NCBI GenBank assembly: GCA_043381765.1 | Contig: JBHJMP010000271.1 | Coordinates: 1 to 33,640, forward strand | Source: Collodictyon triciliatum | Lineage: Eukaryota | DNA length: 33,640 bases | Direction: 5' to 3' | Shown: in pieces, positions 20,678-33,640 of the stretch | Position numbering within the stretch: the stretch's first letter is position 1 | Layout of the letters: each line of letters opens with the position of its first letter | The notes under the pieces: generated by a model | The model's input: only the letters and a program-made list of their open reading frames with translations | Databases searched by the model: none | Told to the model about the DNA's origin: nothing | Position numbers and translations under genes: made by a program

Positions 20678-22017
20678 TCATTTCACAGGATGAGTCTTTT
20701 GAGGAGACAACGGGTCACTTTCCTTGCGTTTCTTGCTGGGCGACTCAAACAAAAAGCGATACATCGTTGTTTTCATGATATCAACGGAAGTGGCGCTTGA
20801 CCGTCCCCTGGTTTCGGAACCATGCGTAGCCGGCAGTGGACTTTGCTTAACCGGAGTATGGATACGCGTTTGTGGTTTTAGAAACATACGCTCTTGCTTG
20901 CTCGGGTTGCCTTTGGTGTGTGAAGTTCCAAGCTTGGATTCGACTTGTGCTGTTTGCCCTTGCTCCTTGGTTCTCGGTGCGATGGGCTGGGGCATGGATA
21001 AACGGACTATCTTTGGTGGGCGCTGGTTCTTGTGTTGCCTTCGCTTTGGAGTATCCTTTCGGATAAGCAACGAAGACTGCCTTGAGGCCTCCTATGTTAA
21101 CCATATTCACGTCAGTCTGAATGGGTAGTTTAAGGGGTATTTCTTTCGGGGTTTGGAGATGCGCTGCTCTTGGGTCTTGCGATGTGCAGGCTTGTCCGGC
21201 GTTGGCGGTGGATGGCTCGAGTGCGAGGATTCTGAAGAGGAACCGAGATTTCCTTCCATGTCATCGTCGCTGTCGCTGTATGCGCGTATCTGCTGTGAGC
21301 CTTGCAGACTCTGTTGTTGCCTGGCCTTGGCTTCCTTGACCCCGTTGCTGCTTGTCTACTTGGCGGGTGTATTCTTTTGTGGGGCTTTTGCTTTTCGTTC
21401 GTTGTTCGCAGCTGGCGGACGCTCTTTGAGGATGCGCTTTGGATACTTTTTTCCCATGACCGTAAACTTTGCAGGGAGCTTGTTCTTGTGACAAAGAAGC
21501 CTCACCACGGCCGTGTCTGTGAAGAAGCCTTTGTCCTCTTTGATCTCCACGTGGGTCGGTCTGAACGGCTTAACTCCTCACGAAGGAGTTGTGGCCACAC
21601 GTCCAGCGGTAGTTGACAGAGCATCACCGAGGTATCTGTTGGTCTACTTCTAGCGAAGCTGATCGTAATATCGATCAAACTTACCTGTTTCAGCTCCAGA
21701 AGCTTTCGGGCGTTTTCTGCAGTGCGGAAGGCAGTCATGCAAAGGCCTTCGCTGTCCGGTAAGCGCAATTGGATGGACTCTTCCTAAAGTTTGTTCGCTT
21801 TCAAGAAGGAGGCGAGCGCAACTGTAAGCCTGCGGGCCTTGTTCTTGTTTTAAACGACTTGCTCGACACCATGCAAAAATACTGTCCGCCCAGACAGACT
21901 TGCAGGCGGCTTCCTTGCACCAGTTTTCCTGGACTTACGTTCAACTCGGGGGTTTTCTGCACTAGTGTTTTGACCAAGCAACCCTACTTATATCTCATAT
22001 TCTGTTATGGTTGCCAT
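20678..22017 (-). mobile_element. Decayed ORF resembling the RRM-containing ORF1 (gag-like) of a non-LTR retrotransposon (L1/Tx1-like); no ORF2 seen
   Basis: Intronless, relatively GC-rich island. One frame 22017 to ~21555 broken by TAA 21990, TAA 21852, TAG 21786; one frameshift; second frame to 20678 broken by TAG 21358, TGA 21109, TAG 21094. Joined peptide AFRTAENARKLLELKQVSLIDITISF..TSVMLCQLPLDVWPQLLREELS../VEIKEDKGFFTDTAVVRL..KLPAKFTVMGK resembles the ORF1 RRM pattern by eye, followed by a K/S/P-rich tail. Confidence 0.5.
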
Positions 22018-22279
22018 AGGAAATGAATACATCGGTTCTATGTCACAACTTATTGATTCTACACCAGCTATTGACACACTGCGTAATTTAATCGTGATGA
22101 TTTGTCCATGTGGGGTCGCCCTCCCCAAAGGCATTGTAGACAGAAAGTAAAAGGAGATGGGGTAGAAATCAAAGATGCAAATATGTAATATCATAGTTCT
22201 TTGATACGGTTAAGATTTGAGTTACACGGCGGTAGTACGAAGGATATATAAGTATGCAGGTAGAGTCCAGAACTTCATC

Positions 22280-25200
22280 TTAAAAGGGGAGAGGTTGTGA
22301 CTCCAAGAAATGTCTTAATAGGCACAACTCCTCTGTCACAAAAAAGTCTGAGTCTGCTATGACGTCCCTAAAGAAAGACAGAAAGACAGAAAGACAGAAA
22401 GACAGAAAGACAGAAAGACAGAAAGACAGAAAGACAGAAAGACAGAAAGACAGAAAGACAGAAAGACAGAAAGACNNNNNNNNNNNNNNNNNNNNNNNNN
22501 NNNNNNNNNNNNNNNNNNNNNNNNNNNNNNNNNNNNNNNNNNNNNNNNNNNNNNNNNNNNNNNNNNNNNNNNNNNAAACAAGACAAAAAACAAGACAAAA
22601 AACAAGACAAAAAACAAGACAAAAAACAAGACAAAAAACAAGACAAAAAACAAGACAAAAAACAAGACAAAAAACAAGACAAAACAAGACAAAACAAGAC
22701 AAAACAAGACAAGACAAAACAAGACAAGACAAGACAAAACAAAACAAGACAAGACAAAACAAAACAAAACAAAACAAAACAAAACAAAACAAAACAAAAC
22801 AAAACAAAACAAAAAGGCGGGAAAACGGAGGAAATACTTTCCAGATTCTTCTATTTGCATCAAAATAGCTGAGACGCGATCTCTATGAATTCTACGAACC
22901 AGAATTATGGAAATATTAGAACTTAGAATCAGATTTCAAGTATGTTATGTACATACGGCTGATTTCATTACTTTTTTTTTTCACATAGCTAACATTAAAA
23001 AAAAAAAAATCAACATCTTACGATGATATCTTTTCATTTTGAAATGTAGAGTGGATTAACGCGAGCAAGGCAGAGAGCCTGGCCACAGTGCCCAAAAGCT
23101 TCAATTCCTCACATAGCTCCATTCCAGAATATGCACAAACCAGTGCATCTTTTATTCTCAACTGACGAAAGAATATATCAGCAAGAGATTCGTATGAGCG
23201 AGCACAAATTAATTTTCTCATTTCGCTTGATTCATCATCCTCCAGGTGAACAAGGTTGCGATGAATAAAGGCTGATTCAGACTTTTGACTGCTCGGTGGG
23301 AGTAATGCACATCGTGAAGTTACACGGCCAACCACGACCATTTCATTAACTTGTGTTTGCCTCACTATTTGTTCCGGATGCACTTGATTTGTGGGCAGAG
23401 CTGCAGAACACATGGCTTTCTTAATCCCAAGCCATAAGTCACGTCTAAGAGCAGTAAATACGAAAAAAAATGAAGATAGTCTAAAAGTCGATGCTCTGGC
23501 ATTGGATATCTCCAAACATTCACCAAGATACCTAGCAATAATAAAATAGCATGGTTAATCCTCTGAGAATGCAAATTAATTCATTTTAAATGTGCCAACA
23601 TCTTCACCATCCTGTACAAAATTGTAAGGAAGAATAAAAAAAATATTCATTTTAGATATATTTTGATGAAGTTGTTTGAATTCACCTTGATGATAAGATA
23701 AAGTCTCCTCGAATTTTGTAGCATTCGCCGATGTTAAATCTACATATCACACTTAAAATTGTATCTTGAGGGGAGCTCTCTTGATTCAACAAACACTCTG
23801 CCTGCAGAAAACACTATAGTTTTCTCCGGTTAATATAATCGACTGATTTATTTATTTTAGAGATGTAATTTTGAGAAGATTTTGCTTTCAAAGTAAAGAA
23901 ATGTGAAAGACAATTTTTTATAATGTATTTTTTAAAATGAATTACTCTGATTGCTTCATCCAAATTATGTAAATTAAGAGCATCCTCCCCAGAAAGCATG
24001 TAGTATTCTATTTCATTATATTTTACAGAATGAATAAAGTTGTCATTCTTTCTTTTGGATGATATTGATTCAAAATATCATAATGGCCTAAATATGACTT
24101 CTTACTTATCGCCTTCTTCGTTTCTTTGCTGTTGAGAAAGTGGAAGGCAATCTCGTAGTATGGAAGCTTCTTTCCCTTACCCATCTTCTGTTCGAAATAT
24201 TCCCCGATTATTTTGTGCAATCTTTCCCTTTTCTGAGATAGTATTGTATTATCTATTTCGAATGGAATTTTTATCGTGATTTAGGCTCTTTCTATTCATC
24301 ATTCAACAACATCACCGTGATTTATATTCATTTTTAATAAACTGTAAACTTACACACAATATTCTTTACCACATTACTCGAAAATGCATATGTGTCTTTT
24401 GCTTGAGGGATAGGAACAATAAAGCTGGACGCTATCGCAGCATGAAAACACTCATCCACATCAATGCTACCAAGAACTAAATTATGCAGCACAGCTTCAA
24501 TGCATTCTTTATGAAATGTTGAGCCTGCCACGCTAGGTTATCCAATAAAAATTTTCAGTAATATGCCAAATGGCGGTTGGTATCCAGAGGTAGATTTCAC
24601 ACAATAGGATAGTCTTGTATAAACAATTGCCCACCTGCAAATACGTAAGATATGACTCTGGTCAAGAGACAGGTTATCTACTTTCTGACATACCTATATG
24701 CACAGACATTCAACTAGTGGATAGATAGAACCAAGCAATATTTTCATAATATTCATGATTGCTTCAAATGTATTTTTTCTTTTACTTTTATGTTAAAAAA
24801 AAGAGGGAAAGGGAAACCATACAAGTCCTTCTAAACTTCCAGGTAGCTGAAAATTAGAATCCGATAGGTTTTTGATGCTAACTTGTTTTTCATGGATAAC
24901 AACAATATTCGCATCAACAAGTGCGCGGCATAGTTCTGTTGTTAAGAAGCATATATATATATATAGACTAATTGAGACTTCCATTATAAACTAAAAAAAT
25001 AGGATAAAAACAGAATCCTTACAGTATCTAGGCAAAATTTGTCAAAATGATCTCATCAAGTAGACATAAGCTTTTTTTTTTCACACTATTATGATGCAAA
25101 TAAAATTACCGCGAATCATGTACGCATTCCCGCTTGTTTTTGAGTGAATCATACGAACGAGTTCCTCAGGTATTGAAATGCAGCCCAGCAGTCTCGTAAT

Positions 25201-28200
25201 TATCAATCCGCATGATTCCATTTCAAAAGGAGATATGAGGAGTTCCTGGATAACAATACTAGACTCACGAAGTCGTGAAATCCAAAGATTTGTATTGGAT
25301 GATTCAATCGTATCAAAGGTAATGACACTGTAAATATTTGGCTCGTTTGCCAGAAAGTCTCTGAAAAGCTCCCATGATGCATAGTCGAGGCTACAACATT
25401 TATACATTTTGCTTAACTTTCCTTCATCAAAATTTGGATATATAATCAAAATCTGAAGGTATTCCCCTCCTTGTATGTTTTTTTTTTTTTGAAAAAAAAA
25501 ATACAAGTTGTAAGAACTGTATAAAATGAAACTCACGAGTCTGTTTCTTCAAAAATGATCACACATAACTTTGTTGAGGAAAAATAATGCATTATCTTGG
25601 ATAGAATTGTTTTTTGGAACTGTTTTTTTGATTCTGGGTCTATGTTTTCGTGGCTTTGAGGTGATTTGAACTTCAGGCTAAGTATTTGGTTAACGAGAGG
25701 AAGCATGTTTTCAATAAGATTTGTCACTCTATTAGCTCCTTGGCTCCCGACAGAACTTCTGGATTCCATGCGCATAATCGACTGAACAAGCTGTTTATGT
25801 TTGCCTTATTATTAATACTGTTTATTTTATTTTTATTCTTTTGTTGTTGCAAAACAGAATTACGATTCAAGAGCCTTGATGCTAGTTCATTTACTTATTT
25901 TGAAATTCACTTACCTCGGCTTGACGAGCAGGCTCAGAGCCGCACGCTTGGAATAAGATTTGCTGAACAAGGATACCCCACATAGCATATGGATCGATGG
26001 ACTTGATAGAATTGCATTTGCAAGTGAGGTATTTGATTTTTTCTTTGTTTAACAGTTTAGTGATATAATTCAGAAACGATGGTCTTCCAACACCGAATTC
26101 ACCACTGATGGAGAGAAGCTATAAAAATTAAAAAAAAAATAGAATAGAATAGAGAACGTTAGCCCCTCCACTTATCTTTCCTGTAATAAAAATTACATAA
26201 AAAGTTTTTAACATAAAGAAACAAATCCAAAAACCTTTGTCGTGCCTCTTTGCTCGCTGTTGATAGAATCGGCGTACAAGGAAGAATATACTTGGCTTTG
26301 AACATTATATGCATGATACACTTAGAATTTTATTTCATTTTAAAATGAAGACAATAAAAAAAAACTTTAATCTTACTTTTCTGCCTCCAAGTCGATCGGT
26401 TTCAACGAGCCAATAAAATCGTCAATAGTTTTCTTTTCGTCATTTCTTTCAGTGAGGTAATATTCATCATCATCCATCCCGTCAGCTAGCTTTGAACTTT
26501 CAGTTACGTGACTTTGTACTGAAGCCCCAACTCTCAAAGGGCGGTATGCTTTTATGAAGCCATCAACTCCTGTCATGAAAATCGATTAACAAGCTTCAAG
26601 AAGCCAGCATCTCCACCATTCTGCACAAAATTGAAAGGAAGAATAAAAAAAGAAAAAAGCTTCAAGAAAAAATACTTGTCTTCGATTCAGTGAATTATTG
26701 TAAACTAATATTCATCCCTTATTCCGAAGTGCCTGTGTAAAAAAAAAAAAACCTTTCATTTTGACTCCTTCCACAATTTCATATGTAAAATGTTCGGCAG
26801 TCTCATCATAGATCGACTTTTGGCAAAGTATGCCCTTTTTATTGTTCATTAGATGTGCTGCAGTGTTCACAGTAGCTAAAGGAGTGTTTAAGTTTAAGTT
26901 GTTCTTCGATGTCGACAGTTATTGAAATATCGCGGAATTCACCGCAGATTAATACCAAAGAGTTTTATTCTCAATTTATTTCTTTATTTTTTTCGTGAAC
27001 ATTAAAGTATCGCCAGCAAACCTCCGACTAAAGCAGCTTCTCTGAGGGATTCGAATGTTACGAAATTATCACATACGTGAGAAAATCTCTTACACTCAAT
27101 TTTGAATATTTTTTTTTTTAAAGATGAACACATAAATGTTTACAAAAAAATAAATCGATAAAGTCAAACCTTCTTGTAGACGAACCCACGTCACCGCAAT
27201 ATACTCGCCCAAAAGAGCAGCCGATATTGGCTGTGATAAGAGCTACATAAAGCAAATATACTTATTACAAATTATTCAGAGCTTTTCGTGGGTCATGTTC
27301 TAAAACCATGTATATTTTCCCTACTATAAAATAATAAAACAGTAAAAACATAATACCAAAAGAATTAAAAGATAAAAAGATAAAATAAATTGTCAAAAGA
27401 GCTGTTACATTTTTCCTTGAGTTGTGTATAAGCTTCTAAAGCTGATTTTATTGCCCTATATGCATCATCTGTGCCCGTAGTGTTAGCACGTGAATAGATA
27501 AATTCCTTACGATTTGGATGGGGGTGTTTACCTTGATGGGCATATCCTGGAGGCCCAAACACTATGATTGCTACACATCCTTTGTCATCCTAAACGCGAC
27601 TTTAAATTTATAATGAAGCTACATATACCGAAAAGATAAGGTAAAATAAAATTAAAGAGAGCCATCCATAGAGATGCAAATTCTTATGTGAATAAGATAA
27701 AAGACAAACTATGAGAAACTGTCTCAAAAATCCATCATTTTGGTCGCAAACAGTTCTAATGGTGATATATATTTGCTGCATCATCTTGGCATCGTTTTTG
27801 TCGACAAATCTAAAGCTTTCAATCCCAATCTAATGAAAAATGATATGATCATGAAATGAGTCTCTAATGAAAAATTTTAAGAAAACATTATGGCATAACC
27901 ATAGGCTCACAAAGACAATCGAACAAAGACGCATCTCTGGAACAATTGTAAAGTTTCTATCCTTTGACGATTTTTGGATATGTTTGGGGATAAATCTGTT
28001 GATAAACACATCTTGGCTATAAGACAACTTCAGATTCCTTGCCCATAGCTATACAAAAGTTCAAAAAAAATGAGCCTGGTTGCTTCCTTTTCATTTCATA
28101 CAAAAGGATTGCACTTAATTGATATTTTTGAGGATTATTTTAACCTCAAATGATTGTATGTCTGTGTTACTAGTACTTCTCGATACAAGACTAGTTCTAG

Positions 28201-29790
28201 GCTCCCCTATTTCTTCACCAAAATTAGTTGAGCCTGAATGTTTGAATTTATTTATATTCGTTACTTATAGAAACTACATATTAAAAAAAGTCCTGTAAAA
28301 AACACAAGTTTACGAAAGAGAACCTGATGTATCACCCAAAACATTTCTATCAACCCGATAGATGGTCACAGCCTGTACAATCTAAGAAATATATTTGGTG
28401 CTACCTCTCTCACATCATGTTTTTGTTCGATATATAGATATATGATGTCGTTAAGCCTCTATACTTTTGTTATGAAAACGAATGAATTGTATAAACCTTC
28501 GGTATTACAATAAACCATGTTTGATGAAATATATTTGAAATATATTCATATGTCGCAGAGTCGATGTATAATTCTCCTCTCTTGGATTCGTTCAACGTCC
28601 TGGTCATACTTCCAAATATTTCATCACCACATAGTATATACTCGCAACTTCCGTCATTATCTAGGTTTGTGTTGGCCGCAAATTATATTTTATCAGAATT
28701 TTTTTAAATTAGATTGCAAAAGTTTTTTAAGCTCTTGCGTTCTACTGCAGATTAGGATTTGAATTATTTTTTTTTTGTTTGGAAAAAATAGAAAAGAACC
28801 TCCGAATATTCCTTCATACACGAATCCTGAAGCTATTGCACAGTGAACACTGAGCATTTTTTGCAGTTCCGTAATTGAAGAATCTGATACAGATTGTGGG
28901 GTGATAGGCTCAAATGAGCCTCTAGCAGATTTGATGCAGGCATGGGCGCATAGTATAGCCAAAAGCGAAGTAATTTCCTTTGGGTCAAATTTATCCAGGG
29001 GCTGAATATACTCAACGTGCTTTGCATAATTTGCTAACTTTGCTGTTCTGCGTTCGGCATCCCAAAAGACAAGAAGGGCATCTCCAGCTATCTTGATGAC
29101 TAAAATGTAGTCATCATTAGATCACGCAAATAGTTAATTTTTGAATTTTTGAATGTTGTTGTGAGGTGGAAATTCTGTTAAAACTTAATTTTACCATCAC
29201 CACCGAAACTGTGTATCAATCCAATAATATCACCGAAAAACATATTTAACGTTCTATCATTTTGATGACCAGGGGAAAGAAAAAGAGGTAGATTAAGTCA
29301 TGGCAGATATGAACACGATCGATCATGAATATTTATATTCTAGATAATAGAACATATACAAGCAGAAGTATTCTATTTGTATTAATTTATTTTTTAGCAG
29401 TATTTCAAATGTACAAGCTCATGCGCTCGATTCCTTCAGCGCCTCTTGTTCCTAGAATTTCGCTGAGCTTCGTGAACCCAGTTATATCGACAAACAATAG
29501 TGCTACAGATACATAATGATGACACCTTTTTTTTTTGTGATTTAATCGTGTATCAAAATTAAGAAGATTTAATCAGATCTTTGAATCGAATAAAGGAAAA
29601 AAAAGAAGATTTAATCAGATGGGAGAATATTTTTTTATCGATAGAATGGAGATAGATATTACTTCCTTGTATTTTAGACACTAAAGGCAAGGTAACGTCT
29701 CCTGAAGTGGATACAAGCTGATAGAGTGTCTTTGGGACATAACTGACAGCAAAAGCAAGTCTCGACCGAAGAGATTCGGGCGCTTCAATA
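22280..29790 (-). CDS. Soluble adenylyl cyclase-like protein (ADCY10/sAC type: class III cyclase C1+C2, STAND/AAA NTPase, helical/TPR-like tail); many exons, 5' end unresolved
   Basis: Spliced peptides: SYVPKTLY (exon from 29790), TLLFVDITGFTKLSE..GAEGIE (~29500-29415), LNMFFGDIIGLIHSFGGD|VIKIAGDALLVFW, VHCAIASG; C2 EMRLCSIVFV, DDKGCVAIIVFGPPG, IGCSFGRVYCGDVGSSTRREAALVGATVNTAAHLM, KMKGVDG; P-loop region ISGEFGVGRPS; DYASWELF; KTSGNAYMI; EIAFHF; last exon 22367-22280 ends QPLPF-TAA. Confidence 0.88.
22370..22813. repeat. Compound microsatellite (AAAGACAG)n - 100-N gap - (AAAAAACAAGAC)n/(AAGAC)n/(AAAAC)n in the last intron of the cyclase gene
   Basis: Direct read; N gap 22476-22575. Confidence 0.95.
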
Positions 29791-29848
29791 CTAGGTCACC
29801 GCATTTCCATATTCACATATTTAAGTACATACATAGCGGCCTCACAGG

Positions 29849-30008
<160 letters not shown>

Positions 30009-30764
30009 GAATGCATGAATATATAAATATACATATTCGAGGTCTAAAAATGATACAGAGGGCAGAAATGCTTAGGAAACCTGTCAAACTTTTCGTTGGC
30101 TGCCATACTTTCTTCGGTGACCCCACAGGAAATAGAATGGAATCAAACTCTTTTTTCCACACAAGTTCAAAGGTGTTTGCTCTGTCCATGCAAAGTAAAT
30201 GGTTTATTAGCCACTATTAATCACATAAAGAGAAATAAGTCAAGGCTTTTGTACAACCTATCTCTTTTATGAAGGAATACCATCCCACATTAGCCGATAT
30301 AGGGATCAAGATAAATAAATAACGCAGTATGTGAAAGGTTATTGTTGAAAAAAGATAAATAGAAGAAGAAAAAAAGAAAATGCGAACGAGCCATGAGTCA
30401 GTATCTGATTAGTAAAAAGTGGTCGAACTAAGAAGGTAAGGATAGGAGATGACAGGTTGCCCAAGCAAACTGTATGTTAGAATGTGCATACAAATTTAGT
30501 CAAACAATCGAGTTGTAAGTATCCCGTGTAAAACTTGCTTTGATCAAAGCTTCGATGCTCTTGATTGAGGAACAAGAAAAAGGAAAGGAAAGATAAAAAA
30601 AAAAGAATAGGAAAAAGAATAGGAAAAAACAGCGTCCCTTGTATTTCGAAAAAAAAAATTAACGAAGAGCACATTCCAGCAAGAAAAATCTTTTCTTGTC
30701 TTAAGCCACCAACTTTTTTTAACTTGCATTCCTTTCTTAATTCTGTTTTGTTTTATGTTTATTA

Positions 30765-31440
30765 CTATTTCAATAATGTTGTCTGATTTTCACTTCTTTT
30801 TTTTCTTTTTCCCTCGTTTTTTTTAGGCTCCCATTTCCCATGGTCACCTGCAGCCCTAGGCAGCAGAACCTTGCCACCTTTGAAAAGTTTGGCCCAAATG
30901 ACTCTGAAAGCATCATCACAACCAGAGACAGCCACAGTCTGATGGGCATGGGTTGGCAGAGAGCCAAACACGCCTCGTTCTTTAACATTTTTCCTCTCGT
31001 GTGCTTCGACAATTGGTTCCTTGTCATGATGGAATCAAGAGTCATTGCGAGTCTGCTGCCAGTGGTGAGGGCATTCCCAGCAACAGGGCTTCAATTCTCA
31101 CCAGAATGCCATGAAGTGAGTTGGGGTGTGAGGAGGAAGCCGTCAGACAATTGCTTGTTTTCGCCTTTGTTTCATTGAGTAAACATCTGCACCGATATGG
31201 TCATATTCCACTTTTGTCCATTCATTGCGAGAGTCATGAATCCAACGGACAATCCCTAATTTGGCCAAGATGAGCGGGTGCTGTTGGGAAATCCAAATGT
31301 GGAAAATGCTGGAAAGTCTGTCTCGGTGCGCTCCTTGGCGCGTGGGATGCTCTGCGGGGCTGAGGCTGTTCGTCGGTGTCGTGCTTGCAAGAGGCATCAT
31401 TACACTTGGAATCGCAGGGGAGTCACCTGAGAGGGGTTTG
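30765..31440 (-). pseudogene. Stop-interrupted intronless frame, possibly another retroelement ORF1 fragment
   Basis: ORFs 31143-31400 and 30765-30971 share one frame, separated only by TGA at 31145, 31100 and 31037. Contains LAKLGIVRWI and PTHFMAFW*ELKPCCWECPHHW, loosely like the segment leading into an ORF1 zinc knuckle. Confidence 0.3.
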
Positions 31441-31850
31441 CAATCACACTCATATCTTTCGTTATATAATACATTATGAAACTTATGTTTTCTACTATTT
31501 CAAAAAAAAGCAGGTTATTATCATCATTATAATCGTCATTATTATTATTATTATTTTATCATGACCATTCGTGCGTGTGTGTACGACGATGAACCTAATA
31601 TCTTGGGTGACTCACAGAGTTTTTAACACGAATTACCATTGCACAAAAGGTNNNNNNNNNNNNNNNNNNNNNNNNNNNNNNNNNNNNNNNNNNNNNNNNN
31701 NNNNNNNNNNNNNNNNNNNNNNNNNNNNNNNNNNNNNNNNNNNNNNNNNNNNNNNNNNNNNNNNNNNNNNNNNNNNAGTACTTGCAGTTAGATACGAGAC
31801 TTCAAGAGTATCAGAACTGTTTTTTTTTTTATTCTTATATCCTAGCAAAC

Positions 31851-33376
31851 CTGTTTGCTACCAGTTCTTCATAGCGTGGGGAATGTTTTCTTATCAACAA
31901 GGAAGCAAGAACCATTTCCATGGTATTTCCAGTTAGCTTAGCTATGTTATATGCCCTAGAGTGATACGTAAAGGAATTGGATGGAATCCCATCTTATCGC
32001 ACAAATTGAAAGAAAGAGAAAAATGTAGAAGAATCAAATGGTCGCATCAAATATGAAAAAAAAAAAGGAGGAAAAGGAGGAATTCTTCCACTTATTTACT
32101 ATAAAGATAAATTTGTGAGATAAAAGTATACTTGATAAAGCAGGATGACGCCATGCCGATATTTTTAGAGTAGAGGTACAGGCAACCCCGAAGTCTCCAG
32201 ACAATCACATCTTTCCCCTTCGAAGGAGAGCTTCTCTGGAATATGTTGAGCAGCCTGGTGATTGTTTCCACATCATGGCCTTCGTTTGTTTTCGGATTCT
32301 TCAAATCTTCTAGAATTGCGTCAAGGACACGATTCCATTCAGAGTGAGGAGAATATCTACTTGCCAAACGGCGAACTTTCTCGGAAACTAGCAGCCGTGA
32401 CTGCGGAGTGCCGAAGAGATGACACAAGAGATTGTAGACACATGTGCCATACGAAAGCAGCGAAATCGAAGAATACGTAATCGTGCGGTGGAGAGACTCA
32501 ATGGCCTATAAAATGAGTCACGTCCAAGCATTAAAGGGCAAAGAACTTCTCAATTCGGCGAGTAAATATATTTCTCTCTCTCTCTCTCTCTCTTTTTTTT
32601 TTTAAATAAAATGCCAACGTAGTCGTGAAAACGTATTAAAGCAATCACCAGTCGAGCGAAGTAAGGGTGGCCGATGAGCGACGAAAAGCACCCCAGAAGA
32701 ATAATTGTGTTGAGGTCGTACGGTGTGCTTGTCTGACTCAACAATTTATCTGTTATATACAGTCTCAGCCTAAAGATATGATATATTATGTTAATAAAAT
32801 AAAAATAAATAAAAATAAATAAAAATAAAAATAAAAATAAAAATAAAAATAAAAATAAAAATAAAAATAAAAATAAAAATAAAAATAAAAATAAAACAAA
32901 AAACATTCGTCGAGAAAATCATATAATCATACATATCGATGAGATTTTCTCTATCTCCGATTCCAAATCGAAGGTAAAGGAGCGCTATTTGACATGCAGT
33001 AATCATATGTTGCTTCTTTTCTCCAAATTTTAACGAGTATCGATGCAGGTCTTGAATAAATTGGTGAACTGCGGCCAAATCCAACACAAAAAAAAGATTG
33101 TAGCCTTGCATCATCATCAACTGGAACTATAGCCATGCATAAACACAAAATGAAAGAGTGAATATGAGCACACAAAAGAGCCAATACAAAGTTTTGTATA
33201 TTTCAACAGAATCATCCCCAATGTGATTCGTTACGTGAGTGTGAAAGTCTGAAGCTGCTTGTGCATATGCCAGAGCCGCATTACAAATTTTCATTCCCTT
33301 TGAGAATTCATATTTGTACATGTGGATATAGGCTATCTTTTGAAGAGCTTTGGCTGCGTCCGAGTAGAGTAGTACT
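31851..33376 (-). CDS. 3' exons of an alpha-helical/TPR-like protein (gene starts beyond window end); resembles the tail of sAC/STAND proteins
   Basis: Spliceable exons give DAAKALQKIAYIHMYKYEFSKGMKICNAALAYAQAASD, FQLMMMQGYNLFFVLD..., WRLRGCLYLYSKNIGMASSCFIK|AYNIAKLTGNTMEMVLASLLI. Further exons may lie at 30735-30664 and ~30560-30500. Confidence 0.65.
32794..32903. repeat. Intronic (AAAAAT)n microsatellite
   Basis: Direct read. Confidence 0.9.
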
Positions 33377-33480
33377 CTTCCATAAAAAAAATGATGAACT
33401 TAGTCTGAGATTATGCCAATACACGGATAAAGAAGCGCAGAACATCACACGGTAACATTTTTTTTTTATAGGTAGAGTTA

Positions 33481-33640
33481 AACAAAACAAAACAAAACAA
33501 AACAAAACAAAACAAAACAAAACAAAACAAAACAAAACAAAACAAGACAAAAAACAAGACAAAAAACAAGACAAAAAACAAGACAAAAAACAAGACAAAA
33601 AACAAGACAAAAAACAAGACAAAAAACAAGACAAAAAACA
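33481..33640. repeat. Compound microsatellite (AAAAC)n then (AAAAAACAAGAC)n, runs off the window end
   Basis: Direct read; same units as 22576-22813. Confidence 0.95.

Noticed and set aside
20678-22017. TAA/TAG-to-Gln genetic code suggested by in-frame stops
   Set aside because: The 2969-codon cgs exon has no internal TAA/TAG despite many Gln codons, and cgs, CEPT and the cyclase end in TAG/TAA; the region also has a frameshift.
22357-22868. Repeat ORFs or CRISPR-like array
   Set aside because: Simple tandem microsatellites without spacers, spanning an N gap.
29561-29620. 18-bp direct repeat AAGAAGATTTAATCAGAT
   Set aside because: Local intronic duplication around a short spacer; no sign of a mobile element.

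Overview
Draft-assembly window (N gaps at 22476-22575 and 31652-31776) from an AT-rich, intron-dense microbial eukaryote using the standard genetic code; the organism cannot be named from the sequence alone. Left to right: a minus-strand multi-exon coiled-coil/RING gene, tRNA-Ser(CGA), an 11-exon choline/ethanolamine phosphotransferase (microexons, probable GC-AG intron), a ~3,080-aa bacterial-type cyclic beta-1,2-glucan synthase (Cgs/ChvB/NdvB; GT84 + cyclisation domain + GH94), a decayed LINE-ORF1-like relic, a soluble adenylyl cyclase (ADCY10-like; C1-C2-STAND-helical) gene with degenerate catalytic/P-loop residues, a second possible retroelement relic, and the 3' part of a TPR-like gene. 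The standout is the glucan synthase: a full-length, motif-intact bacterial osmoregulated-glucan enzyme with spliceosomal introns only at its 5' end and one 8.9-kb exon, embedded among eukaryotic genes, which suggests a domesticated horizontal transfer. All exon structures were reconstructed by hand and no database search was run.
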